DNA from: Octopus bimaculoides
Taxonomy: Eukaryota
NCBI RefSeq assembly: GCF_001194135.2
Contig: NC_068983.1
Coordinates: 1,864,308-1,927,862, forward strand
Length of the DNA: 63,555 nt
Direction of reading: 5' to 3'
A model generated the notes under the pieces. It was given only the letters and a program-made list of their open reading frames with translations, made no database searches and had not been told where the DNA came from. This document shows, one piece after another, positions 1-11,600 of the stretch (position 1 is its first letter; each line of letters starts with the position of its first letter). The translations under genes and the position numbers were made by a program.

Positions 1-20
1 ATATATATATATATATATAT

Positions 21-310
21 ATGCTGAGACACCCTTCGGCCATGACTGACCGTGGATTGCACCTAGAAAGTTACTCTACAAGGCACAAGTCTAGGCTAGG
101 AGTTGCCCCTGCATACCAGCCTCTCCTCTCCACGCCACCGATGTTATCCAAGGGAAAAGCAAAGGGGCCGATACAGTTTGGCACCTGTGACGTCGGAGCT
201 CATTTCTACAGCTGAGTGAACTGGAGCAACGTGAAATAAAGTGTCTTGCTCAGGAACACAACATGCAGCCCGGTCTGGGATTCGAACTTACAACCGCACG
301 ATCGTAGATA
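21..310 (-). mobile_element. tRNA-derived SINE, family 1
   Basis: Minus strand has B-box GTTCGAATCCC (277-287) followed by a body shared with the copy at 3490-3605; abuts (AT)n. Confidence 0.75.
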
Positions 311-1440
311 TGTATGATGAGTGTTCGGTTTGGTTTATCGCTAAAAATCGGATTTGAATTGCAACTACAACGAAGGTGGCGTTGTAGATACCTAACAAAT
401 AAATGGCTATAAGTGGTTCATTATTGAGCCAGTGGATATATGCATATCGGGAAAAAATGTTCTAGAAAAATATGTCGTATCACTTCAGAGCGTGTAATTT
501 ATCATTCAAACATGATAGCAGAGTTCTTAGAGTAAATAATGCATAAAATATGTTACAGTTGTTTCTAGAATTGCTGTGCATAACGCGAATAGTACATTGA
601 GAAAAGATTTTCATATTAAAGATGACGTGTTTAGGAATAGTCATACTAATACGTATTGGTAGTTACTAGTGTCATCGTCGCAGAATTATGTATGTATATA
701 AAAACACTAAGCATACACACACATATATATGGATATGTAACTGCATTCGTTATACACAAACACACACGTACACATATACATATGTGTGTGTGTGCGCATG
801 TGTACTACAGACAATATATGCAAATAATGTGACGAACGACGTTGTGGTGTAAATATATTTTTGACTTAAGTTGTCTTTCTATTCCATTTTGTCAGGGAAG
901 CAACATTTACTTTTTATGTCAATGAATAATTGTTTGAGATGCTACCGGACATGTAGTTCCTGCCACAATGTGTTGTAAAGTTTTAGTGATGTTCCTGTTT
1001 CTTAGCCCTACATCAATTAGCATTTTCGTGTTTGAAACCTTTTATATTCTTTCCTTTTTAAAAGGACGTCTTATTTCGTTAATATTAGTATTTGTATAGT
1101 GTATATGTAGAATGTGATGTGTTTAGTAATTCATACATTGTTTCAAAATTCTCAACACATCAATCTTTCAAACAATTTCCATACACGGGTGATCTTGTAG
1201 TATTTCTTTGTTTAATTTTGGTTTGCTTTTCTTTTTTTTTTTCGCTTTTCTGCAAGTAGATTTCTGATTGAAGAATCAGATTATCGCATTGTCTGAGCTC
1301 ATCCCAATACAACAACTCCGTTTTGTTTCTATCATGCTCGCCTGAAATATAAACTCACCTTCGTAGATAATCGATTTCTTCATAAATTTTACATTAATGG
1401 GACAAGAAACTTGTTCTTGCATTTACACTTCATTTGTTAG

Positions 1441-1565
1441 ATAATGCTCGGAATAACTTTTCGGTGATTAGGCAATCTTATGCTGCCAACATTTTACGTC
1501 GAGCTGAAACTGACACGGCCTTTGTATTTAGGAAACGTTTTATGGCACTTATGACTGGCTTACAA
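1441..1565 (+). CDS. Candidate internal exon (phase 1 to 0) of an unidentified, possibly extracellular protein
   Basis: Acceptor ttcttgcatttacacttcatttgttAG and donor CAA|gtattt. Only one frame is open across 125 nt: xNARNNFSVIRQSYAANILRRAETDTAFVFRKRFMALMTGLQ. Confidence 0.4.
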
Positions 1566-1859
1566 GTATTTTGTCTTTCAATTACCACTGACAATTTTCT
1601 ATCATTGTTGGATTTTTACATTTTTATAATTCGCTGGCATCAGATAATGTTGCATTTTTAAAGCTTCGCTGGCTTTTGTTCTATTTATAGGAAAAATTTC
1701 CATTTTTTTTTTTTCGGGATCTGTCTATATTACCGCGGGTCATCATTGAAATGTGACATTTTATGCAGTATTGTTAATTTTCAACTACTAATGATAATGT
1801 TGGCATTAATTTTAAAATCCATCCAAAACTTTCCCCCGTACTTCTGCCCGCTACAAAAA

Positions 1860-2210
1860 TCGAACTCGGTACACATAGCAGAATTACGTCACAATAACTT
1901 GAACTCAACCGCTCCTTCTCCCTTTAATACCATACCAAAATACGTCAAAACGGAAAAAGATCCCATAAAATTCAAAATTTCTCAAGACAAATTTCTTCAA
2001 AAAAATCATGTACATTGGTACATGATTTTTTGTCTACCCTCAGATATGTCTCCGACAATAATATATCTACACTGATATGTCTCCAACAATAATAACTCTT
2101 TGCCAGAGTGCCATGGTGCCCCATAATTGACTAAAAGACTTCACCAGGTGGTGCTATTAAGTTAGACATGACCTGGGTCTATACTAGCCGAAACCTATCA
2201 AAGTTATAGA
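1860..2210 (+). mobile_element. CR1-type LINE, 3' end fragment
   Basis: Encodes FNTIPKYVKTEKDPIKFKISQDKFLQK, matching the ORF2 C-terminus at 39627-39995 and 44235-44426. Shares the 3' UTR ggtgctattaagttagacatgac..gccgaaacc. Contains an internal ~30 bp duplication (gatatgtctcc-acaataata twice). Confidence 0.75.
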
Positions 2211-2711
2211 AATTATATTGTGAAAATGTTCAGAATCTACTTATTGGATCTGTGTTGGGAGCGTTTGACATTCTACATCGTCAAGTCTGAACATTGAGGA
2301 TCTTTATATTGCTACTAACGTCAATACCAAGGATCGAACTACTGTATAGTGCTACAAAAATCACACCTAAACTGTTGGCTGTGTTTGTGGTACATGATTA
2401 CTTGGCTTCTGTCTGAATCGATATCTGATACTTTCAGATTTGATTTGTGTATCTCATGCGTGTGTGATCAGTCATGGCGGAGGCCATGGATATTTGTCGA
2501 CAGGTTTTTAGCGTAAAAGAAGATATTTCCTACTAACCGTTATTATGTCTGATTCCGAGGCGTGGATGAAACGCAACTCCTCAATCATAACTGTACAATG
2601 TTAAACTCAAGGAACTTTCTTTTATTTCACTATTTAGTTGACAGTTTTGTCCTAATAAACGTTCAATAGGATAATGGGATAATTTTCGATTATTTTAAAA
2701 TATTCTATAAT

Positions 2712-2936
2712 AAATAATCCTTTCTACTATAGGCATAATGCTTGAAATTTGGTGTGGTAGGGGGCCAGTCGATTAGATCGACCCCAGTAAACAACTGGTA
2801 CTTAATCTATCGACCCTCGAACGGATGAAAGGCAAAGTCGACCTCGGCGGAATTTGAACTCAGAAAGTAGCGACGAGCGAAATACCGCTCAGCATTTCGT
2901 CCAGCGCGCTGACGATTCTGCCAGGTCGCCGCCTTA
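2712..2936 (-). mobile_element. tRNA-derived SINE, family 2
   Basis: A-box-like TGGCAGAATCG and B-box GAGTTCAAATTCC (2849-2861) on minus; homologous to 34603, 62174 and 63291. Confidence 0.8.
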
Positions 2937-3489
2937 AAAAAAAAAATTCGTTATAAATAGTAAAATGCACAAAGAAAATTTTTACATCATAAGTGGGTAG
3001 CACTGTATCAAGGACGTTATATTGCTATGGGCGATTACATCGGTAAAAGCTATTTCCTCAAACATGAATTCGACTCCACAAGAGAAGAAATCAAAATGTC
3101 ATAGATTATCCAGATATCTATGTAATACGTAAGTTATCGTGCAGACCACTTCGATATCAACTTTTCAGTAATCAAACGTAATGCATTCTACATAAATAAG
3201 CGATTGCAATACCAGTTATGTACTTCAAACAAATACTATAAAATAAGAAACACAACAAATATACTTTGAAGAGAAGAGTGATTATTTGGAAATGGCTTTG
3301 AGATGTGTAGGATGTAAACAAACTGGAGCTTCGTGAGATGATGCAATGCTGAATATCATCATCATCATCATCAATCCCTGGACATTACTATCTCGCGTTC
3401 TAAGACACGCGGAACCGTTTACCTTGATTGCCGTGGCTCACAAAACTCCTTCCAAAAGGGACGTCAGTTTGTCTGATGTTTATTAATTT

Positions 3490-3605
3490 TCATCTGAATG
3501 GACACAAGTAACATGAAGAATGTTGCTCAGGGACACAATGCCTCTTTGGGTTCGAGAATAGAAACCACGATCTTGCGAACGTGAGTACAAGCCCCTGGCA
3601 ACAAC
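3490..3605 (-). mobile_element. SINE family 1, decayed head fragment
   Basis: Aligns by eye to 205-310 (gttgctcagg-acacaa..gaaaccacgatc). Confidence 0.5.
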
Positions 3606-4747
3606 GATACTAAGTACCTTCATCTACATTGAGCGCCAATGATAACAAATTCTAAGCATTTCTTTGTTGATATACCAATAGAGGATGGAACCCGGCCAAG
3701 TATGTACAACGTTAACTTTATGAAGGAAAATCAGTTATATCAACATTTCACATGTGAAGATGTTATTTTAAACTGATATAATTACATGAGTGCGACCCTG
3801 TACTAAATAGGAAATACACGCAAAGGGTAGTGATACCCCAATACCCACAAAATATACATACATATGTAAAACTTTCCAGAAGTTCAAAACATATGTTACA
3901 CACACCTATAATGATCTTCATGCTGAAATATGTGTACACTTGTATACTTGTAAACATAAGAGATTAATCAAATCTTATTTGTTTCATAAATTATATTGAA
4001 CATCGAAACTATTTCCATATTATCTACATATTCCTTGTCATATTATTGCAAAGCAATATATGATATGACAACCATTATTAAATATATTGTCGAACATTAC
4101 TTAGAAAGACAATATCGCTTCACTAATTACCAGATTGCTGTTTGCAAAGCGATGTCTTCAGTTTTTTAAAAAGCAATATGTTTGGCTGTGGTACGAAAGT
4201 AAATTAAGTGTAGGCTATATATCATAGGTCCTATATATTTATTCATAAATAGCTCTATATTATAGATATTAAAATATTTAAATCAATTATTTATAAAATA
4301 TGCAATATCACTGATAGAGCATACGCGAAGCTTGGAAATTATGAGACAAGAAATATATGCCGAATAACTAGATGAAAATATCCAGAAAGTTTTCGTTAAA
4401 CTCAAGGAATTTTAGATATAATTAACGAGTCAAACATTGAGAAATATTTGTAAAACAGGTCGTTAAATGCCGTGTTACATAAAATTAATGAATTATTAAT
4501 TGCGATATTTATGTAATTAGGAAAGAAACTCTACCAGACTTCATTAAACATCCAAAAACTAATAAACCGAGGAAATCAGACATTTTATACGCAAACATTT
4601 AGGAAATCGTTTAAAACTATATTTCCTGCAGGATATTCAATAACCATAGACTCATACGTGCACACATATGAACAAAAGTGCACACGTTGTATATACATAT
4701 AGTATATATATAGTATATATATAGTATATATATAGTATATTATGTTA

Positions 4748-5020
4748 TTCTTTTACTAGTTTCACCCATGACTGACCGCGAATATAATAAGTTTTTTTTC
4801 TTTTGTTTCTTCTCACTCTGTTTATTTCCTCGTGTTCCTTTCTGTTGAAGAGCGTCGGCTCGAAACGTAAAAGACTTTCTCGCCTTCCCCAGCGTCAAAC
4901 TATTACACCTGATTGTTGTTTATACACCTGCTTTCGTGTTTGCCCAAGGTGCCACGCAGTGGGACTGAACCCGGAACAATGACGTCGGGAGGCATGCTTT
5001 TTACCACGCAGCCACTTCTG
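4748..5020 (-). mobile_element. SINE family 3 remnants (3' end 4748-4780, head 4936-5020) flanking an unrelated insert
   Basis: gcccaaggtgccacgcagtgggactgaacccgg is the reverse complement of the family-3 head seen at 27190 and 35498. Confidence 0.65.
4790..4935 (+). repeat. Dispersed repeat with hammerhead-like CTGTTGA motif (Penelope-tail-like)
   Basis: CTTT-CTGTTGA-A-GAGC gtcg GCTC-GAAA-CG-TA-AAAG at 4838-4873; homologues at 25690-25870 and 44555-44720, and a decayed copy at 5060-5235. Confidence 0.65.
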
Positions 5021-5235
5021 TATATGTGTCTGTATACGTATGTTTACTCACACGCGCACACACGTGTAGTTGGCGAATTCTTTTTCTTCTTTGGAATTTT
5101 CCCTTTCTCAATTTCGACGAAGAGCTATACTCGAGACCTCAAATACTCTCTCCCTTTACTCAGCGTCAAACTAATACATTTTTTGTGCACGCCCTCGTTT
5201 GTGATTGATGATTTTATTGTTCGTTTATATGAATT

Positions 5236-5276
<41 letters not shown>

Positions 5277-5282
5277 CATACA

Positions 5283-6050
5283 GTGGCGGACTGGCCAGGT
5301 TGCCAGCTTGCCCAGCATAACGGAAAGGCTCTGGCGTAGTTTGCAAGTGTGGCTATCTGGGCACTTGATGGCGTATCTGAGAGAGCGACTATAAAAAGCA
5401 ATGGTCCCAAGACAGTGCCCTGTGGAACACCGCTCATTATTTGTGTTTTCATAGAGGTGGCTCCATTAGCCACTACTGCCTGACTTCTATCTTTCAGAAA
5501 GTCATTTAACCACTCCAAGTTTTCCGGTTATGCCAAGATCACGCATTTTGTGGCATATCATACCATGATCCACTTTGTCAAAAGCTTTTGCAAAATCAAT
5601 ATTACGTCTACATTTGAGTTGTTGAGTAACTGCCTCAACACTCGATCATAATGTTTTAAGAGCTGAGTCAGGCAGCTCCTACCTCGTCGAAAGCCATGTT
5701 GGATATCACTCAGCAAGTTATTTTTTTTAAGGAATGTGATTAGTTTCCCTCTGACTATCCGTTCCATGAATTTGCTGATGTGTGAAGTCAGAGAGATAGG
5801 CCTATAGTTTTTGGAGGGGTTTTGGCAGGGCACGCTTACACGATTTGAGGAGGATTGCTGGGAAACCATCAGGACCCGCAGTTGAGGTTGCGTCCACTTC
5901 ATCTATGACTAGTAGTATATCTTCGCTAATGTTGATGTATTCCATCGTAACTGCCTCGCTGGTTATAGGTGAGGCGGCAAAGAAGTGCACTGTTTCCTTC
6001 CCTTGTCTGTGTTCCAACGGAGTGGTAAAGGCACTTTTGAACTGGTCATA
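5283..6050 (-). mobile_element. CR1-type LINE reverse transcriptase fragment (degenerate)
   Basis: Motifs AGPDGFPAILLK, NYRPISLTSHISKFMERIV, QHGFRRGRSCLTQLL and GVPQGTVLGPLLF, split by frameshifts and deletions. Confidence 0.92.
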
Positions 6051-6849
6051 ATTTAAAACAATGATAATTTAGGTAAGATGTTTTTTGTATATAATNNNNN
6101 NNNNNNNNNNNNNNNNNNNNNNNNNNNNNNNNNNNNNNNNNNNNNNNNNNNNNNNNNNNNNNNNNNNNNNNNNNNNNNNNNNNNNNNNNNNNNNNATATA
6201 CATATATATGCATATATATATATACATACATACATATAATAATGGGAAACTCGTTATTTTCGCTGGTATTTCTTTAATTAAATAGATAACAAAGAAGGAA
6301 GAAGCAGAGAAGAGATAAGCATTTACGATCGTTTCAAGTTACTGGTTTAAGTAAATCTCTTCAGAATGCGCATATAGATTGGTGCATCGGTTAGGATGTC
6401 AAAGATAATTGATAGACATTTGATGGTAATGTAAACAAATTGGTAATTCCTTCATTAACTTTTTGTTCTTGCGCATGTAAATTCGCTGGGTAGGGTTTTG
6501 CACCTCTCTATATTCGCATTCTGAAGAGATTTACGCATTTTGTCTCTAAATATTTTGTGTCCACTCCGCATAATTTCGTGCATAAAATATAATTCATTAT
6601 ATTTTTTTATGTACGGATGCAGATGACAACAACGGATGTCAAAGCACTGTTTTAGTAATTCAGGATCATATCCTTCACACCTGGGATTCAAATAGTGCCC
6701 ACGCATGAAATGTTTACAACGCCTAAGCGTTCATTCGACTTGCAGTAGATCTCTTAAATTCATATCCTGCAATCTTAAACGAAGATGTACACATACATGT
6801 ATACATGTGTGTGTGCCTGTGTGCGTGCGTACGTGCCTGTATGTATGTG

Positions 6850-7035
6850 TGTGAATCTTTCATTAGATGCTCCCTTTCACAATTTTTTCTTTTACTTCTA
6901 TATTCTTCTCCTGACCAAGGACTAGCGTCCGAAATATTTCACTCTTTCCCTTCCTTTTAAAGTGTTCAATAAATATTTTTCTTAAAACCTTTCCCTCCTC
7001 TCTTGTCTTTGTTTCTTTTCATCATTGCCTACCGT
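6850..7035 (+). repeat. Decayed Penelope-tail-like repeat with broken hammerhead core
   Basis: CTGACCA-A-GGAC tagc GTCC-GAAA at 6911-6934 within pyrimidine-rich flanks. Confidence 0.35.
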
Positions 7036-8788
7036 TTATATACAAGGAATTTTCACACCTAGGATCCTCTTCATCAGGAGTCTGCTGTATCCAGGTAGAC
7101 AGTGAATACATAATGACGTCTAGACATACTAAAATACTCAGCAGTGTGATTTTAAATATCATTAATTGTTTTTTCTGGAGATTGCTATGAAACCAACTAT
7201 TTGTAAATGGAGATAATATTGTGACTAAAGGCCACATCTTAAGTAATGTATGAAACTATTTTCTGATTTATATAGAGTTATTTATTACAGAAATCTTTTT
7301 TATAGGTTTTTGTATCTTCAGTTTCCATTGCACTCGTCGTTGTCAGTTATATTAGTTTAGCTTCTATAATTTACTTCACAAATCGTTATTTGTTCAATAT
7401 CTACGGAAGTTCGTGGTAGATGCAGCTACTATCACTATAATCGATTGTATCAACAGTAGTTCCTTCAGGTTATTTTTAGTTGTTCATTTTTCAATCACCT
7501 TCCTCTTCTTCTTATCGATGCTAAGTTTTTTCAACAATGTAAACAAAATCAATGATTAGACATATTGTTTGCAATAGCTAATGTCTCTCCTATGAAATAT
7601 CCCTCAAATCACCTCTTCTCAATTTTGTTAATTGATTTTAATAGTTTTCTCAATGTTGTTATTTCAGTCTGATAGATTTTCCATTCTTGTTGGTGTCTAT
7701 GTAACTAAAATACTGATTTCTAACTCTGGAACGTTTTGAAATATCATATCAACTTAGTCTGTTGCCATCCTCCAGACACTTTAACCCATAGCACACCAAA
7801 GTATATAAGGCATTTAAAGGACTGTAAAGGGAAGAAGGGCCATGAAAGCCACGTTTGTCCATCACAAGATAAGCCTGGTTGTAAAATGGGATTTGGTAGT
7901 TCGGTTTAGCAGAATATGAACAAGAGGAACATAAAATAAAGTATGGTTTTCAAAAATAAAATGCACTGCCCGAGAATTGAAACCTTAACTTAACGTTTAT
8001 GAACCCATCATCTAATCGAACACACTTTGCAACTTCGCAAAATTTATGTGAGTGTATACTTGATCATGTTCACCCCTGTGCATAATTACCACTTTATTAT
8101 ATCGACCACGAAAATATGAAAACCAAAGGTGACTCCGACACGATTTACACATATTCTATGCAAGCTCTTCATTATATACCGCTTGAAATTTTGTTGGACA
8201 CCCTCACCAATCTGCCAGATAACCCCACCTCTTTTCTCTAATTTAATTTCTGATTTCTGATTTTTTGCATGATGTACGTCTTTTTGCTTAGTTTTTTTTC
8301 TTTCCATCAATTCGTTTTTAATGAGATCTTGGGGATTTGGGGATTTTTTTTATTCTAAACTGTTTCATTTTTCTTCTATTCAACAACGATTACTACACGG
8401 AGATTAACAAGTTCTTTTTAAATCCAATTTAATAAGATTATATCGTAAGTCTTTTAGCAAGTAAGCTGGGGACATCTCAAAAACAAAGCCATCTAGCCTA
8501 TCTTTGCACTATTATTAAAATATAAAAAAAAAGAATTGACTTTTACCAATATTTCCTATTATAACAATCACTTTGCACATTATGCTAAATAAAATTTTTC
8601 CCTGCTTCATGTCTTTTTCAAAGCACACGTAAGCCTGCCACTTATTCTTTAAACGTTGTTTACCAATCACAACGTGACTGAAATTGTTCATATCGAAACT
8701 ATTTCACACTTCTGTTCAGTAACTAGATTCTCATTTTAGTTTCTCTTGAAGCCTATTTTTTTTTAAATATAGTATTTTATTCTTGCAG

Positions 8789-8875
8789 CTTCGCTTTTAT
8801 TGGATCGCTGCCAAGCAGGGGGCGCTGTATTCGGCATTATTTTCAGTTGATAACATTTACCCTATTTCCTTGCAT
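8789..8875 (+). CDS. Candidate internal exon (phase 0 to 0); beta-sandwich C-terminal strands resembling Eph ligand-binding, MAM or reelin-type domains
   Basis: Acceptor attttattcttgcAG, donor CAT|gtatgt, 87 nt: LRFYWIAAKQGALYSALFSVDNIYPISLH. Phase-compatible with the 1441-1565 exon. Confidence 0.45.
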
Positions 8876-9268
8876 GTATGTTACGTAGTTTATTGAGAAG
8901 CTGGAGGCATGTCTTCGTTTTAATTTAAGGTAGATAACCTCAACGTTGATAAAAAGCGGTGTACTTTACTCCACGCAAACTTATTCATATCTATACAAAT
9001 AAATAGGCAGAGAGATAGTTAGATAGATAGATACATATTTGAGAATGCCTATAGATACGTGTGCGTGTGTATGAAACGCACAGACATCGTCAAACGAATA
9101 GAATTTACAGGCCAGTGCATTTGATCCCGAAATAATATGGTTCTGAATTAAAGTTTTAGCTACACAATTCTTGCTATGGCTCCTTTTGTATAATGTTTAG
9201 TACACTCCTCTTATACATGCATACATATACATATATGTATATCTATCTATCTATCTATCCATCTATCT

Positions 9269-9310
<42 letters not shown>

Positions 9311-9313
<3 letters not shown>

Positions 9314-9594
9314 CAGAATGGTAACAAATCCAAGGGTGTGAGGAGTTTTCAGGACATTTATAGTGAAATAGTCTTACAGCTGTTTCTGGGATATTATGGA
9401 TATCCCTTCATCAGAGACGGTGTGAGAAAATATTTGAGTTCGAATTATTGTGGAAAAGGAGGAGATAGGGAATATAGAGGGAAATAAGAGAATGAAAGTA
9501 AAAATAAGATATATAAAGATATTGTAGTTGCATGCTAAAACAAGACCCACATTAGACTCCTCACCTGTATCGTTATCAAGCCAAGAGTGTAACC
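9311..9594 (-). mobile_element. Hammerhead-bearing dispersed repeat (Penelope-like tail), truncated by N-gap
   Basis: Reverse-complement homologue of ~23990-24265. Confidence 0.7.
9371..9418 (-). ncRNA. Minimal type I hammerhead ribozyme motif
   Basis: Minus strand: GTCT-CTGATGA-A-GGGATAT ccata ATATCCC-A-GAAA-CAGCTG-TA-AGAC. Confidence 0.65.
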
Positions 9595-9953
9595 NNNNNN
9601 NNNNNNNNNNNNNNNNNNNNNNNNNNNNNNNNNNNNNNNNNNNNNNNNNNNNNNNNNNNNNNNNNNNNNNNNNNNNNNNNNNNNNNNNNNNNNNNNNNNN
9701 NNNNNNNNNNNNNNNNNNNNNNNNNNNNNNNNNNNNNNNNNNNNNNNNNNNNNNNNNNNNNNNNNNNNNNNNNNNNNNNNNNNNNNNNNNNNNNNNNNNN
9801 NNNNNNNNNNNNNNNNNNNNNNNNNNNNNNNNNNNNNNNNNNNNNNNNNNNNNNNNNNNNNNNNNNNNNNNNNNNNNNNNNNNNNNNNNNNNNNNNNNNN
9901 NNNNNNNNNNNNNNNNNNNNNNNNNNNNNNNNNNNNNNNNNNNNNNNNNNNNN

Positions 9954-9993
<40 letters not shown>

Positions 9994-11351
9994 GTGTATA
10001 TGTACGTATGTATATTTTCGTGTGTGTGTGTTCCCCAGTTTATAAGACTCTTAAAATGTTGACAATATAATTAATAATCTCAGATGCGTGTTAAAGATAA
10101 TTATAAATTTCACATCAATTGTGAGCTAATTAACTCTGTGAAGGGTAAAATAAAAGAGAGAACATCTTGAATGCATTATGTGATTATACATTCCTGTGTT
10201 CACCATTTTAGGAAAATGGGCATATTTGTTATTTTAGTACGTGAAATTATAAAGTGAAGAGCGGACATTGAAGCGAACGTCTCTGATACTCATTTATAAA
10301 GAAATAAATGAACCATCAACAATGCTGAACAGATTTGACAGAGAATACAAAAGGATTATTTTATATTAATTGTTTGTTAATGATTGTATTTATCGACAGA
10401 AAATATATATTCTGGGTTTCTAAGAAAACGTGAATAAAATGACAATGCCAACATTGATTATTTCTATCATCTCTTTATCATAAAGACAGTTTACTATTTG
10501 AAAGTTTTAATATACGACTTCATTAAATTATTAAATATATTCTTTAGGAAAGACCTCTCTAAACAACAATGTAGGTCTTAGATATCTTAGTTCTCTAATG
10601 AGTATGTAATATTTTATATAAAATGGTACTGCAAAATTTAAACACCCTTTTTTTCAAATATGCTAAACGTATTCTGTTAGTTGTTAAGTAATATTAAAAT
10701 CTGCAATAGAGAGATAACTGCTTTTATGTTTATAATTGACATAACCATACACTAAATGTGCTGAGAGCTGTGATCCTCAAGACATTAATCTTTGAGACTA
10801 TTCACTGCCACCAAAATGAACTCAGAAAGAGAGCATAACTTTTCTGAAAATATAGTTGCAAACTCTAGTCACGGGAGCAACTTTTCCCTTCAGGATATAT
10901 TTTCATCTAAAGGGAAATGTGAGATTGCACAAGCAAAAAGAAAATAATCAATGAGATTTAAAATAAGATAAAGACGCATCATAATAACCTCATGAATAAA
11001 GAAAACAAACTGGGAATAAAGGAGATAATTATGAATGACAGGATGTCGTTGGGAAAAGTATGTTTAGGGCATGCAGTGCCAACTGGAAATGAAATCAATT
11101 TGCGAATTACAGGATTTCCAACAAGATGTGTTGCATAGAAATATACGTCATTTGAAATAGCGTAGGACACTTTATTGTAAACAGATCAGATAAACAAGAT
11201 GTAATTTGGGAGGCAAATCAGCTTGCACTCTGTGCTATGTACAAACTTAATCTATTATATATCAATATTGTTTTACGTATAGATCGATAAAAGTAGTGTC
11301 ATTTCTTTTATAGTGAGTGACATATTCTATGTAATATATACATACGCCCAC

Positions 11352-11600
11352 GGGCATATGGCGTAGTGGTTAAGAGCACGGGCTACTAATCCCAAGATTC
11401 CGAGTTCGATTCCAGGCATTGACCTGAATAATAATAATAATAATAATAATGATAACATCGAAAAATACTTTAGGATTAAGAACCCAGGTTCGAAATTTCC
11501 CCAAGACAACTGATGAAGTCTGGAGGGCATATCAGCCGAAACGTTGTCTTAACAACAAACAAGATCAGAACAAATATCCGTCAAATGTAAATAATGTAAT
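11352..11600 (+). mobile_element. tRNA-headed SINE, family 4, with internal (AAT)n and hammerhead-like tail
   Basis: A-box TGGCGTAGTGG (11359-11369), B-box GAGTTCGATTCC (11402-11413), (AAT)n linker, then CTGATGA..CAGCC-GAAACGTT (11510-11545). Confidence 0.75.

Noticed and set aside
896-981. CLRCYRTCSSC furin-like cysteine motif after an acceptor
   Set aside because: The frame stops a few codons later with no good donor; TG-rich DNA yields Cys by chance.
6455-6706. 83-aa minus ORF faintly recalling Helitron Rep (YDPELLK)
   Set aside because: No further Rep motifs; the similarity is too short.
7050-7085. CTGATGA on minus strand as another hammerhead
   Set aside because: No convincing stem II, helix III or closing stem I.
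8812-8825. CTCF-like motif CAAGCAGGGGGCGC
   Set aside because: It mismatches a core C and lies inside the candidate exon (codons K-Q-G-A); the two readings cannot be separated without ChIP data.
11352-11425. Possible tRNA gene
   Set aside because: The acceptor stem does not close and it continues into a repeat body; it is a SINE head.
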